A program made the position numbers and the translations under genes. This document shows, in pieces, positions 10,885-21,424 of a stretch of 64,000 nt of DNA. This DNA comes from Berkelbacteria bacterium GW2011_GWE1_39_12 (lineage in GTDB: Bacteria; Patescibacteriota; UBA1384; UBA12157), in the NCBI GenBank assembly GCA_001029735.1, contig CP011213.1, forward strand, positions 524,613 to 588,612, read 5' to 3'. Every line of letters starts with the position of its first letter. Position 1 is the stretch's first letter. The notes under the pieces were generated by a model. That model was given only the letters and a program-made list of their open reading frames with translations, was not told where the DNA came from and did no database searches.

Positions 10885-11077
10885 CTTCACTATTATTTTA
10901 ACCTGTAATCATCTAAATATCAAGCTTTTCGCTTGACATCCTTTGTACTCTAGAATAATATCTGATATCTTTATTAAGTAAGCCGAATTTCGGGCCGGGA
11001 TCTTAGGTCATTTTGAGCTAGGGTCAATAAGAGTAACAGTTGTATACCGAAAGTAATTTAAAAACTGAAAGGAAAAG

Positions 11078-12412
11078 ATGAGTCAAAAATTAAAACGCTG
11101 TTTTTTAATTTTTAGTGTTACAATTTTTGCGTTAATGACTTTCTTTGCTTTTGGTTTAGATAAATCTAAAGCCGCTGAAGAAAGTGAACCACAAGTAGAT
11201 GCTTTGCCGATAGTGCAATTTTCCGATGTATCAACAACCGGTTTGGAAAACAGTCCAAGCCATCCGATCAGAGTATACCTTTCGGAAGTTGCAACTCATG
11301 ATGTAATAGTCGATTATTCGGTCATCGGTGGAACGGCAGTAGCAGGGGAAGATTATTTGTTAGAATATTATTCCCTGAAAATTAGAGAAGGTGGATCCTA
11401 TGCGGACATTAATTTAATGTTGTTAGATAATCACTTGGTTGACAAAACAAGAAATCTAACATTAGGTTTATCAGGACCGATTAACGCACAATTAGGTGAA
11501 AACGCAGAGTTTAACTTTACGATTTTAGATGATGATTCGGCCCCGGTTAGTACTTTGACGACCGTGCCTCAAGTAGCAGATGGTCAAAATGGTTGGTTTA
11601 TAACTAAACCAGAGTTTGAGATAAGTACTGATAAGATAGCAGATGTTTATTACAGAATCAACAGACAAGATTGGGTTGTTTATGCTGGACCGGTTACGGT
11701 TTTGGAAGGTATAAATTTGATTGATTATTATGCATTTGATAGTTATGGAAACATTGAGTCAATTAAAACTACTACTTTGAAGGTTGATACTGTAAAGCCT
11801 AGCATACCAAGTTTAATAGTAAAATTGGAAAGCCAAGGCGAAACAATGCAAGCTAACCTTGCTTGGCAAACAGATGAAGACTCGCAGTTTTATCAAATTT
11901 GGCGAAATGGGGTATTGATCGAAACTTTATCTGGCGAAAAAAAAAGCTTTGCTGACGAGGGACTAGTTGTTAATCAGTCTTATGAATACTATATTATTGC
12001 CATTGATCGGGCGGGTAATCAGTCGGTTTCTGGAAAGTCGACTGTTCAGTTTGCAGTGAAAGAAGTGATTAAGGAAGTAAAAGGGACGCAAACCATTGCA
12101 AAACCTTTACCTAAAGTCAGAAAATCGATCGCTAAGGGTGTCAGCACTGAAGTTACAGAAAAAGTAAGTGGTGATGAAACCAAAATTGTCGAAGAGCAAC
12201 CAGAGAAGGAATCAGTAAAAGAAAGTGATTCAAATAAAGCTAATAATCAAGGAACTAAAGAAATAAATTGGAATAGAATCTTATTACTTATCTCTGTTTT
12301 GATTATTCTTTCAGGGCTTGGTATTGGAATTTATTACGGCTATGGATGGTTTTTGTCTTCAAAAAAAACGAAAACAGTAGTAGATGAAAAAAAGTCCAAG
12401 AGTAGATGGTAA
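11078..12412 (+). CDS. Secreted/membrane-anchored protein with Calx-beta and FN3/Ig-like domains
   Basis: Signal peptide, GTAVAGEDY..TILDDD Calx-beta signature, YYIIAIDRAGNQS FN3 motif, C-terminal TM. Confidence 0.8.
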   Translation: MSQKLKRCFLIFSVTIFALMTFFAFGLDKSKAAEESEPQVDALPIVQFSDVSTTGLENSPSHPIRVYLSEVATHDVIVDYSVIGGTAVAGEDYLLEYYSLKIREGGSYADINLMLLDNHLVDKTRNLTLGLSGPINAQLGENAEFNFTILDDDSAPVSTLTTVPQVADGQNGWFITKPEFEISTDKIADVYYRINRQDWVVYAGPVTVLEGINLIDYYAFDSYGNIESIKTTTLKVDTVKPSIPSLIVKLESQGETMQANLAWQTDEDSQFYQIWRNGVLIETLSGEKKSFADEGLVVNQSYEYYIIAIDRAGNQSVSGKSTVQFAVKEVIKEVKGTQTIAKPLPKVRKSIAKGVSTEVTEKVSGDETKIVEEQPEKESVKESDSNKANNQGTKEINWNRILLLISVLIILSGLGIGIYYGYGWFLSSKKTKTVVDEKKSKSRW

Positions 12413-12465
12413 ACAAAAATTGCTCCTAAGTTTAAATGGGGCAATTTTTGTAATATACTAAAACC

Positions 12466-12879
12466 ATGAGAATAAAAACAGCAGACAATATAAAGAGTTA
12501 TTTCAATCAAAACGGAGGGAGATATCTTTTGATTGTTTTAGTTTTTTACACTTTTATTATGCTTGGAAAATCTGTTTGGGCTAATTTTCAGCTACAAAAA
12601 CAAACCGACCTGATTAAGGCTAAAATTGAAGAAGTAAAAACTCAAAATAATAATTTAGGGAATTTAATACTTTATTATAAATCAGATAGCTTCAGGGAAG
12701 TGGAAGCAAGACGGAAATTAGGTCTAAAAAGACCGGATGAAAAAGTTATGAATGTTCCAGTTCAAAAATTTGATAATTTTAATGCAGAAATTGAAGCACA
12801 AAAAAATAATTTAGCGCCAAAGATAATTGATACTAAATCATCCAATCCTTCCATGTGGTGGCAATACTTAACTAAATAA
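12466..12879 (+). CDS. Septum formation initiator (FtsB/DivIC-like)
   Basis: TM plus coiled coil plus EVEARRKLGLKRPDEKV motif. Confidence 0.8.
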   Translation: MRIKTADNIKSYFNQNGGRYLLIVLVFYTFIMLGKSVWANFQLQKQTDLIKAKIEEVKTQNNNLGNLILYYKSDSFREVEARRKLGLKRPDEKVMNVPVQKFDNFNAEIEAQKNNLAPKIIDTKSSNPSMWWQYLTK

Positions 12880-12967
12880 ATCAGAACTCTCTGCTTGACT
12901 TACGGCCGTTTTTGTGGTAAACTATTTTAATATCAAAAAATTGATATTAAAAACAAAAGGAAGGGTA

Positions 12968-13966
12968 ATGGGAAAAAATTTTAAAAAGTTATTGATTGGG
13001 GCAATTCTCATTATTCTTTTTGTCGGTCCGATAAAATTCGCAAACGCTGCTGTTTCTTCAAATTCATTAACCAATTTAGTAAATGCTTCAAGATCTCAAG
13101 AAGGTTTATCTCCTTTAAGTAATAACGCCAAACTTGCCGATGCTGCTTTAAAAAAAGCGCAAGACATGTTTGACAATCAATATTTTTCCCATAACTCTCC
13201 AGAAGGTAAAACTCCTTGGGATTTTTTTAAAGTTTCCGATTATGATTATGTTTATGCTGGTGAAAACTTAGCCATAGGATATACCGATTCTAATGAGCTT
13301 CACGACGCGTGGATGAATTCGCCAACTCATCGAGAAAATATAATGAATCCAAATTATCGTGAAATTGGGATCGCGTTTTTGTCAGGTGAGTATAATGGGG
13401 AAAATACCACAATTGTTGTTCAAACGTTTGGTTCTATGTCCGCAATCCAGCCGGCCAGTCAACTAAAAACTGTTTCTGCTTCAGAAATAAATAAAGAATC
13501 TGGGGCAGTAAACTCTTTTGAAATCTTGAACGATGGTACTTCTTTTACCCCAACGAAAATTTTTCAAAATGACAGTGTTGATTTTAAAGTTGCAATTAAG
13601 GGTGACGCTAAGGATGTTTATATAATGGTAGGTGATCAAAAAATTGATTTAAAAAACATTTTATTACTAGCCGATGGTTCAGTTAAAAATTTATCTAAGA
13701 CTGTAAAAATAGAAAACGCTGGTAAACTAAATGTTGCGTTAACTGTAACTGATCATAATAATGAACAAGAGGTAAAGGATCTTGGCATTTTAGAGGTAAA
13801 TTCAGTTGTTGTCGCAAATGCTGGCACAAACCGTTCGATTACTGCTGCCACTTTTAATAATATAATCGATCATCTTAGCCTCTACCTGTCTGGAACCTTT
13901 TTCCTGATATTGATGATCGCTTTGTATTTTCTCTTTGTTCGTCAACGATATGGAAAATTTATATAA
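12968..13966 (+). CDS. CAP (SCP/Tpx) domain protein, membrane anchored
   Basis: YFSHNSPEG, AGENLA and WMNSPTHRENI motifs; start moved to the ATG after the GGAAGG-like SD. Confidence 0.88.
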   Translation: MGKNFKKLLIGAILIILFVGPIKFANAAVSSNSLTNLVNASRSQEGLSPLSNNAKLADAALKKAQDMFDNQYFSHNSPEGKTPWDFFKVSDYDYVYAGENLAIGYTDSNELHDAWMNSPTHRENIMNPNYREIGIAFLSGEYNGENTTIVVQTFGSMSAIQPASQLKTVSASEINKESGAVNSFEILNDGTSFTPTKIFQNDSVDFKVAIKGDAKDVYIMVGDQKIDLKNILLLADGSVKNLSKTVKIENAGKLNVALTVTDHNNEQEVKDLGILEVNSVVVANAGTNRSITAATFNNIIDHLSLYLSGTFFLILMIALYFLFVRQRYGKFI

Positions 13967-14038
13967 TTAAATCTTGATTTATTGCTCTAATGCTGATAGA
14001 ATAACTATGATAAGTAATTTTAGTATTCTTATTTTTGT

Positions 14039-14113
14039 CGCGGGGTGGAGAAGTGGCATCTCACCAGGCTCATAACCTGGGGATCGGCGGTTCGAGTCCG
14101 CCCCCCGCTACCA
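14039..14113 (+). tRNA. tRNA-fMet (initiator, CAT)
   Basis: CGCGGGG acceptor with C1/T72 mismatch, anticodon arm CCAGG-CTCATAA-CCTGG, TTCGAGT T-loop, encoded CCA. Confidence 0.9.
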
Positions 14114-14128
14114 TTTTTATTTTTAAAT

Positions 14129-14203
14129 GGCTGAGTAGCTCAGTGGTAGAGCAGCAGACTCATAAGCTGTTGGTCGGTGGTTCAAATCCACCCTCAGCCA
14201 CCA
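14129..14203 (+). tRNA. tRNA-Met (CAT), probably elongator
   Basis: GGCTGAG/CTCAGCC acceptor, CTCATAA loop, TTCAAAT T-loop, ACCA end. Confidence 0.88.
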
Positions 14204-14272
14204 TCTGTTAAAACTGAGATTTACTCAGAAAAAAATTGTAAAATTAACTTTTATATAATAAGGAATTTCTTA

Positions 14273-16057
14273 ATGCGCGCCAGTTGTACACGAAACATTT
14301 TTTACATTATAGTAGCGGTCATCATTGCGCTAATAGTTTGGTCTCTTTTTGCCCAAACAGGAACTAAACCTGATCAGGTTAATATTTCTCAAGTAACCGA
14401 TGCAGTTAAAAACAACGAAGTCTCAAAAATCGTTGTTTCTAACGATAAATTGACTGTTGATTTAAAGAGCGGTAAAACTTGGCAAACCTATAAGGAATCA
14501 GGCGTAGGTATAAATCAGTACGGTATTACGCCGGATAAAGTTGCTATTGATATCCAAAATTCCAGCTCTAATAGTATCTGGCCAACAATTATTGGTTATT
14601 TGCTTCCATTTTTATTAATCGGTGGTTTTATTTTCTTTATGTTGCGCCAGGCCCAGGGTGGGAATATGAAAGCAATGAATTTCGGCCAATCCCGAGCCAG
14701 GCTTTTCCAGCCAGGGGCTAAAAAAACCACTTTTGCGGATGTTGCAGGATTGGAAGAACCTAAACAAGAATTGTATGAAATAGTAGAATTTTTAAAAAGT
14801 CCAGGTAAATTTCAAAATTTAGGCGCAGAAATTCCTAAGGGTGTTTTATTGGTAGGTCCTCCTGGAACCGGTAAAACTTTATTGGCAAGAGCAGTTGCTG
14901 GTGAAGCTGGTGTACCGTTCTTTTCGATTTCCGCATCAGAATTTGTGGAAATGTTTGTCGGTGTTGGTGCGGCAAGAGTAAGAGATTTATTTCAGAAAGC
15001 CAAACGGAACGCTCCGGCTATATTATTTATCGACGAATTAGATGCTATTGGTCGTCAGCGTGGAGGCGGTATGGGTAGTGGTTCTCATGATGAGAGGGAA
15101 CAGACCCTCAATCAAATTTTGGTGGAGATGGATGGATTTGAGACCGATACTCGTGTAATTGTTATGGCCGCAACAAACCGTCCTGATGTTTTAGATCCTG
15201 CATTGCTACGCCCAGGTAGATTTGACCGAAGGGTTGTAATAGATATTCCTGACTTAAAAGAAAGAGAAGAGATACTAAAAATTCATGGTCGCAATAAGCC
15301 TTTAGCCAAGGATGTTGATTTGGAAAGGATTGCACGCTCTACTGCTGGTCTATCTGGGGCAGACCTAAGAAACGTGATGAACGAAGCAGCTATATTGACG
15401 GCTAGAGCTAATGCAAAAAGTATTAATCAAAATCAGCTAAACATGGCGATTGAAAAAGTTATTTTAGGACCTGAAAGAAAATCTCATTTAATGTCGGTTA
15501 AAGAAAAAGAAATTTCCGCTTATCATGAAGCCGGACACGCAATTATCGGTAAATTATTACCAAATACTGATGAAATTCATAAAATTTCAATTGTTTCACG
15601 CGGCTCTGCCTTAGGATACACTTGGTCATTACCAACCGAGGATCGTAAGTTGTATTCCAAAGCTAAATTTGAAGATGAAATCGCGCAACTGTTGGGTGGT
15701 TTTGTTTCCGAAAAGATTATTTTCAATGAGGTGACAACAGGTGCGCAGAACGATCTTAAACGAGCAACAAAAATTGCCAAAGACATGGTTACTGTTTACG
15801 GCATGTCAGATCTTTTGGGTCCGGTTGTTCTCAAAGACAAAGAAGACGTGGGTTATTTAAGAGAACTCGGTGAACAAAAGAATTATTCAGAATCTAAAGC
15901 AACTCAAATTGACGCAGAAGTTTCAAGAATTATCTCCGATGCGCAAAAAAAAGCGACACGTGTCTTAAGCGGAAAGAAATCTCTTCTCAAAAAAATTGCT
16001 TTGAAACTGATCAAAGAAGAAACTATCGAAGGTGTTGATTTCGATAAACTTTTTTAA
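14273..16057 (+). CDS. ftsH: ATP-dependent zinc metalloprotease FtsH
   Basis: Two TMs, GPPGTGKT Walker [22 protein letters not shown]; start reassigned downstream of the tRNA, after an AAGGA SD. Confidence 0.97.
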   Translation: MRASCTRNIFYIIVAVIIALIVWSLFAQTGTKPDQVNISQVTDAVKNNEVSKIVVSNDKLTVDLKSGKTWQTYKESGVGINQYGITPDKVAIDIQNSSSNSIWPTIIGYLLPFLLIGGFIFFMLRQAQGGNMKAMNFGQSRARLFQPGAKKTTFADVAGLEEPKQELYEIVEFLKSPGKFQNLGAEIPKGVLLVGPPGTGKTLLARAVAGEAGVPFFSISASEFVEMFVGVGAARVRDLFQKAKRNAPAILFIDELDAIGRQRGGGMGSGSHDEREQTLNQILVEMDGFETDTRVIVMAATNRPDVLDPALLRPGRFDRRVVIDIPDLKEREEILKIHGRNKPLAKDVDLERIARSTAGLSGADLRNVMNEAAILTARANAKSINQNQLNMAIEKVILGPERKSHLMSVKEKEISAYHEAGHAIIGKLLPNTDEIHKISIVSRGSALGYTWSLPTEDRKLYSKAKFEDEIAQLLGGFVSEKIIFNEVTTGAQNDLKRATKIAKDMVTVYGMSDLLGPVVLKDKEDVGYLRELGEQKNYSESKATQIDAEVSRIISDAQKKATRVLSGKKSLLKKIALKLIKEETIEGVDFDKLF

Positions 16058-16144
16058 GCTATTTGTTTTTTTCTAACTTATGTATATAATTAGTAGAGAC
16101 TAATGTTTTAGAGGGTATTTTAGGTTAAAAAAGAGGGGTTCATA

Positions 16145-17269
16145 GTGAAACTACTTACTAGGATCAAGCGATTACCTCAAAGGCAAAAAATAATACTTGG
16201 ACTATCTTCTTTTGTTGTATTGGCGACAATTGGAGTTTTGATTTGGGCAGCAGCCACTGGTCAAATCAAGCCTAAGGCTGCCAGTGTTCAGATCTCAAAT
16301 ACAGCTACCGTGACTTATCAAGACGCAGCAGGAAACTCTTACAGCGCACAGAGCAATACTGTGCTTGTTGATATTGTTCCGACTGTTAACGCGACTCTTG
16401 CTTTGTCGCCAGCTACTTCGAGCACCGTTGTTGGTAGTACTTTTAAAGTCGATATTATTTTAAATACAAACGGTCAAGTAAGCACAGAAACCGATGCTGT
16501 ATTGTCATACAATAACCAAGAGTTACAGGTGGTTGATTCAAATGGCAGTGCTGCAACACAAATAACACCGAATACGCCAAATGTATTTGCCACGGTATCG
16601 GCAAACACTGTCAATTCATCAATGGGAACAATTACTTATAAAGCAACCGGATCGTATGCTGGTACCGGAACTTTAGCCTCTATTAATTTTAAAGCTCTTA
16701 AAGCAGCTGCGCCGAGCAAGGTACAATTTGCCTTTACTAATGGTCAAACCAATGATTCAAATGTATTAATAACGAATGGATCAGATATTTTATCATTAGC
16801 AAGTGGGGGAGACTATACTATAACTGGCGCGACAAGCAATACCATTAATATTTCTTTAGCTCTGCAATCTGGAACTAACTTTTCAACTACTAATACAGTT
16901 TTCACAATTTATCGAGTAGGTACGACTACAGAAGTGTTTAAATCAGATGTGACTACCGATAGTTCTGGCAAGGCTTCTTTCACAATTACTTCACCTGCAG
17001 CTGGAAACTATGATTACATAATAAAAGTGAATGGTTATTTGGTTAAAGCCATAAAGAATACTGTTTATACTAATCCTTTGACTTTGAATTTTGGTAGTTT
17101 AAAAGCTGGTGATCTTGATAGCGATAATCATGTGACGCTTTCGGATTTTATATCTTTTAGAACCAAATTTGGTGGCAGTGACCCAGTTGCTGATTTCGAT
17201 CACGACGGAAAAGTAACATTATCGGATTTTATCACTTTTAGAACTAATTTTGGATTAACAGGAGATTAA
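16145..17269 (+). CDS. Cohesin plus dockerin (EF-hand-like) domain surface protein
   Basis: N-terminal TM, cohesin-like FKVDIILNT..LASINFKAL, C-terminal GDLDSDNHVTLSDF..ADFDHDGKVTLSDF duplicated Ca-binding loops. Confidence 0.8.
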   Translation: MKLLTRIKRLPQRQKIILGLSSFVVLATIGVLIWAAATGQIKPKAASVQISNTATVTYQDAAGNSYSAQSNTVLVDIVPTVNATLALSPATSSTVVGSTFKVDIILNTNGQVSTETDAVLSYNNQELQVVDSNGSAATQITPNTPNVFATVSANTVNSSMGTITYKATGSYAGTGTLASINFKALKAAAPSKVQFAFTNGQTNDSNVLITNGSDILSLASGGDYTITGATSNTINISLALQSGTNFSTTNTVFTIYRVGTTTEVFKSDVTTDSSGKASFTITSPAAGNYDYIIKVNGYLVKAIKNTVYTNPLTLNFGSLKAGDLDSDNHVTLSDFISFRTKFGGSDPVADFDHDGKVTLSDFITFRTNFGLTGD

Positions 17270-17273
17270 TCAA

Positions 17274-18290
17274 ATGAAAAACAAGAAAAACATTACAATC
17301 ATAGCTGGGGTAGTTGCAATCTTAATTATTGTTTTTGTCTTAGCTTATGTTTATAGAACAAAAATATTTTCCAATGCTGCTACTATTACTTCATCGCTTA
17401 CTCTGTCTCCTGCTACAAGCTCAATTAATGCAGGTTCAGCCTTCAATGTGAACATTGCTTTAAATACTGCAGGACAAGCTGTTTCGGGTGTTCAGATTGA
17501 GAAGATACATTTTGATCCGACCGTCTTGCAAGTAGTTGACGCAGACACTGCTACAACTGGTATCCAAATCGCTAAAGGAAACATCAATAACTTTGAGATG
17601 TCGCTTACAAATAGTGTTGACAATGCTAGCGGAACAATCACCTATGCTGTGGCAACAATTAGTAATGACTATACCGGCAATGACATACTGGCGATAATAA
17701 ACTTTAAAGCTCTAAATAAAGTTGCCGCTAATTCTGCGGTTACTTTTGATTACACACAGGGTTCAAAGGTCCTGACTAGTGTTAGTGATTCATCTGGAAA
17801 CAACGTATTATTGACCGTTGGCAATGGTTCTTATTCAATAACCAACAATACGGCGGCTAATATTACTCTTGGCCTACAAGCAGGCAATAATTTTAATACT
17901 TCAGGAACGGTTTTTTCCATTTACCAAGTAAATTCATCGACATTGGTTTATCAAAATAATGCAGTAGCAACAGATAATACTGGTAAAGCAACGATATCTT
18001 TTGCTTCTCCGGTGGCTGGAAATTATGATTATAAAATAAAAGTTAATGGTTACTTGGTCAAAGCTGTTAAAAACACGGCCATTTCAAATACAATGTCACT
18101 TGCTTTTGGCACGTTGAAAGCGGGTGATCTCGATGGTGATAACACTGTTTCGTTAGCTGATTTTATTTCATTTAGATCAAAATTTGGTCAAGCTATAGCA
18201 AAAATTGTTCCTGATTTTGATCAAGACGGCAAGGTAACTTTATCTGACTTTGTTATTTTCAGAAGTAATTATTTGCAAAGTGGTGATTAA
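17274..18290 (+). CDS. Cohesin plus dockerin domain surface protein (paralog)
   Basis: IHFDPTVLQVVD..LAIINFKAL cohesin; GDLDGDNTVSLADF..DFDQDGKVTLSDF dockerin. Confidence 0.8.
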   Translation: MKNKKNITIIAGVVAILIIVFVLAYVYRTKIFSNAATITSSLTLSPATSSINAGSAFNVNIALNTAGQAVSGVQIEKIHFDPTVLQVVDADTATTGIQIAKGNINNFEMSLTNSVDNASGTITYAVATISNDYTGNDILAIINFKALNKVAANSAVTFDYTQGSKVLTSVSDSSGNNVLLTVGNGSYSITNNTAANITLGLQAGNNFNTSGTVFSIYQVNSSTLVYQNNAVATDNTGKATISFASPVAGNYDYKIKVNGYLVKAVKNTAISNTMSLAFGTLKAGDLDGDNTVSLADFISFRSKFGQAIAKIVPDFDQDGKVTLSDFVIFRSNYLQSGD

Positions 18291-18309
18291 TAAATTGGAC
18301 AGGAGATTG

Positions 18310-19755
18310 ATGAGTAAAATTGATTTTAAAGGGATGAAAAAAGACTTAGTTGTTGCTTTATCGGTAACGTTGATTGTTTTTATGATAGGTGGATATTTCG
18401 TGCTCAGGAAAACTGGAAAGCTTTCAACAAAAGCCGACGTAAACGGTCCTTCTTTTACTTTAGAACCAAATAGTGGCTCAATTTATCTTGACGCCAATCT
18501 CGAGGTCAGTGTAAGGATGGATACCTTTGGCCAAGCAGCTTCGGGAGCTCAGATAGAAAAAATCCATTTTGACCCGACGGTTTTACAGGTTATTGATGCA
18601 GACTCTCAAACTGATGGTGTCCAAATAGCTAAGGGTAATATTTCAAATTTTGAAATTCCATTGGCCAATTTGGTCGACAACTCTGCGGGTACTGTATCAT
18701 ATAGTGTAAGTTCGTTTACTAATAATTTTACTGGTAGTGATATATTGGCTGTTATAAACTTCAAAACAATCGCGGAATCGTCTAGTACTGAAATAAAATT
18801 TGATTTCGACGGTACGGCTTCGACTACAATGATGACAGATGTCCAGGGAAGCAATATTTTGGCAGGCGTGGGTTCTGCCGCTTTCAGTATCACAACGCAA
18901 AATCCGGCTCCGACAGTTGATTTAAAAGCTAATAATTCAGATGGCCCTATTACTATTAACTCAGGTGAAGCGGCTACTCTCTCATGGATTTCCGCAAATG
19001 CTACAAGTTGTAGTGCTTCAGAGGGTTGGTCAGGTTCGAAAGAATTATCGGGCAGCGATTCTACTGGCGCTTTAACAGTATCTCAGAGTTACATTTTAAC
19101 TTGCACTGGCGATGGAGGTTCTGTAAGTGATGCAGTTACTGTAAACGTTAAGACGCCAGATAAAAAAATCCCTCAAATAGATCTAAAGGCAAACAATATG
19201 AGTGGTTCAGTTACCATTGATAGTGGCTTGACTGTGAAGCTTGGCTGGACTGTCACAAATGCGAGTTCATGCAATGCGGGGGGCGACTGGCAGGGCGCAA
19301 AGGGTCTGATTGGCGAAGAGACCACAGCCGTGATTACTACTGCTAAAACTTATACACTAATTTGCCAAGGGGATGTGGAATCAACTGGAAGTGTGACGGT
19401 TAATGTGAATAGCGTTAATTCTGGTGGTGACGACACGAGTGACGACGTGAGTGACGACACGAATCGGGACAGCACTGGCGGAACAAGTAAAAAGACTGCC
19501 AGTACTCCGGTCGCGGCTTTACCCTCAAAGCTTACTCCTGCTGCTCCAGTGCAGCTCTCTAAGCTTCCAAGCAACATCCAACCAATAGCTACACCACAGG
19601 TTTCAGCTAACAATGTCGAGTTATACAAGAATGACTCAATGAAGCCTTGGGCATTGTGGTTTTTATATGCTATTATTCCTGCTTTTTTGGCTGGCGGTGC
19701 AATCTATTTCTATTTAAAAAGAAATAAAACAATGAAAAATAACGAGGTGATCTAG
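18310..19755 (+). CDS. Cohesin domain protein with Ig/PKD-like repeats and C-terminal membrane anchor
   Basis: Cohesin nearly identical to the previous gene, two LSW..NA.SC...W..Y.L.C repeats, C-terminal TM; start after an AGGAG SD. Confidence 0.78.
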   Translation: MSKIDFKGMKKDLVVALSVTLIVFMIGGYFVLRKTGKLSTKADVNGPSFTLEPNSGSIYLDANLEVSVRMDTFGQAASGAQIEKIHFDPTVLQVIDADSQTDGVQIAKGNISNFEIPLANLVDNSAGTVSYSVSSFTNNFTGSDILAVINFKTIAESSSTEIKFDFDGTASTTMMTDVQGSNILAGVGSAAFSITTQNPAPTVDLKANNSDGPITINSGEAATLSWISANATSCSASEGWSGSKELSGSDSTGALTVSQSYILTCTGDGGSVSDAVTVNVKTPDKKIPQIDLKANNMSGSVTIDSGLTVKLGWTVTNASSCNAGGDWQGAKGLIGEETTAVITTAKTYTLICQGDVESTGSVTVNVNSVNSGGDDTSDDVSDDTNRDSTGGTSKKTASTPVAALPSKLTPAAPVQLSKLPSNIQPIATPQVSANNVELYKNDSMKPWALWFLYAIIPAFLAGGAIYFYLKRNKTMKNNEVI

Positions 19756-19825
19756 ATCTTGTTAAGCTGGTACAACTGGTTTAATATTTAACTATGAAAA
19801 AAAATTCACAAGAGCTAGAGCGATT

Positions 19826-21424
19826 ATGGTAAAAAAAATATCTAAAGCTTTAAATCGGCAAAACTCTCTGGCATCTGCCTCAATAATTTTAATCATTACT
19901 CTTTTTATTTCAAATATACTTGGTGTTTTTAGAGATCATTTTTTAACTCAAAAAATCCCGACTGATATCCTAAGTACGTATTATGCTGCCTTTAGGATTC
20001 CGGATTTTATTTTTAACCTATTAATTTTAGGAGCGATTGCCTCTGCCTTTATTCCTGTTTTTACAACATTAATAACCCAAAAGAAAAATGAAGAAGCATG
20101 GCAGGTTGCAAATTCGATTATTAATATCGCCATGCTAGTATTAGTGATTTTTATCACAACACTCTTTATTACTATGCCTTTTCTTGTTCCATTGGTAGTA
20201 CCAGGTTTTGACGAGGAAAAACAAAGAATAGTCACGTCCTTAGCGCGGATTATGCTCGGTTCGCCGTTGTTCTTTGGCCTCTCTTATATAGTCGGTGGAA
20301 TTCTAAACTCGCATAAACGTTTTCTTGCTTATTCTTTGGCACCGTTAATTTACAATGTTTCGATTATAGTGGGGGCCATATTTTTTGCCGATAAGTACGG
20401 GATAGTTGCAATTGCTTATGCCGTAGTAGTCGGCGCTTTTTTACATTTAATGATTCAGCTTCCTTCCGCGATTAAGCTAGGCTTTCGTTATCAACCTAAG
20501 ATTTATTGGAAGCATTGGGGTGTTAAAAGAATTGGCATAATGATGTTTCCTCGCTCTATCGCCTTGGGCGCCAATCAAATAATGTTATTAATTTTTACCG
20601 CCATTGCTTCCGGCCTAGGGGGTTTTTCAGTTGCAATATACACTTTGGCTGACAATATTCAAACTTTACCGGTAGTGGTATTTGGAACATCATTTGCCAC
20701 AGCAGTTTTTCCATCTCTTTCCGAAGCAATTTCTCAAAACAAACAAACAGTGTTTGTAGATCATCTCAAAAAAACAATGAGAATTATTATTTTTCTATTA
20801 ATCCCTGTGACGGCGGGGCTATTTTTGTTACGCACTGAAATAGTAAGGCTGATCCTGGGATCAGGCTTTTTTGGCTGGCAACAGACTATTACAACAGCAA
20901 ATACTTTAGGTATTTTAGCTCTTTCACTCGTTTTCTCGGGCTTAACACCTTTATTTTTCAGAGCATTCTATGCATTGCATAACACAAAGCTGCCGATGGT
21001 TATAATGTTGATAAACGTAATTTTTAGTATCGTTTTAGGTAAATTATTTTCGATCAATATGGGAGTACTTGGGTTAGCTTTGGGTTATGCAATCGGCGAT
21101 GTGATTGGAGCTGTTATTGCTTATGCGTTATTGCGTAGAAAAGTTACCATTTCTAATGAAAAGGAAATTTTTTTCTTTGTATTAAAAGTAGTTTTGGCTA
21201 CTTTGATAATGAGTATAGCGATTCAAGAGGCTAAAGTATTATCCGGTATTTTTGTCGACATGCAAAGATTTTGGGGAGTTTTAGCAAAAACGAGCATTGG
21301 CTTGGGAGTAGGCATATCTGTATATTCATTAACTTGCTGGATTTTTGGCTGCGAAGAAATACAGTCGGTTAAGGCAATTTTAAATCGCGTAATAAAACGG
21401 GGACCAGATGGAACAAAAATCTAA
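19826..21424 (+). CDS. murJ: Lipid II flippase MurJ
   Basis: AAFRIPDFIFNL, AFIPVF and RAFYALHNTKLP motifs; multiple TMs. Confidence 0.93.
   Translation: MVKKISKALNRQNSLASASIILIITLFISNILGVFRDHFLTQKIPTDILSTYYAAFRIPDFIFNLLILGAIASAFIPVFTTLITQKKNEEAWQVANSIINIAMLVLVIFITTLFITMPFLVPLVVPGFDEEKQRIVTSLARIMLGSPLFFGLSYIVGGILNSHKRFLAYSLAPLIYNVSIIVGAIFFADKYGIVAIAYAVVVGAFLHLMIQLPSAIKLGFRYQPKIYWKHWGVKRIGIMMFPRSIALGANQIMLLIFTAIASGLGGFSVAIYTLADNIQTLPVVVFGTSFATAVFPSLSEAISQNKQTVFVDHLKKTMRIIIFLLIPVTAGLFLLRTEIVRLILGSGFFGWQQTITTANTLGILALSLVFSGLTPLFFRAFYALHNTKLPMVIMLINVIFSIVLGKLFSINMGVLGLALGYAIGDVIGAVIAYALLRRKVTISNEKEIFFFVLKVVLATLIMSIAIQEAKVLSGIFVDMQRFWGVLAKTSIGLGVGISVYSLTCWIFGCEEIQSVKAILNRVIKRGPDGTKI

Noticed and set aside
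10693-10890. 65-aa ORF
   Set aside because: Shadow reading of tRNA-Ile and its duplicate.
14177-14272. ORF-track N-terminal extension of FtsH
   Set aside because: Overlaps tRNA-Met; a better ATG with SD is at 14273.
15511-15519. GCGGAAATT match (minus strand) inside ftsH
   Set aside because: Coding context with no flanking stems; chance match.
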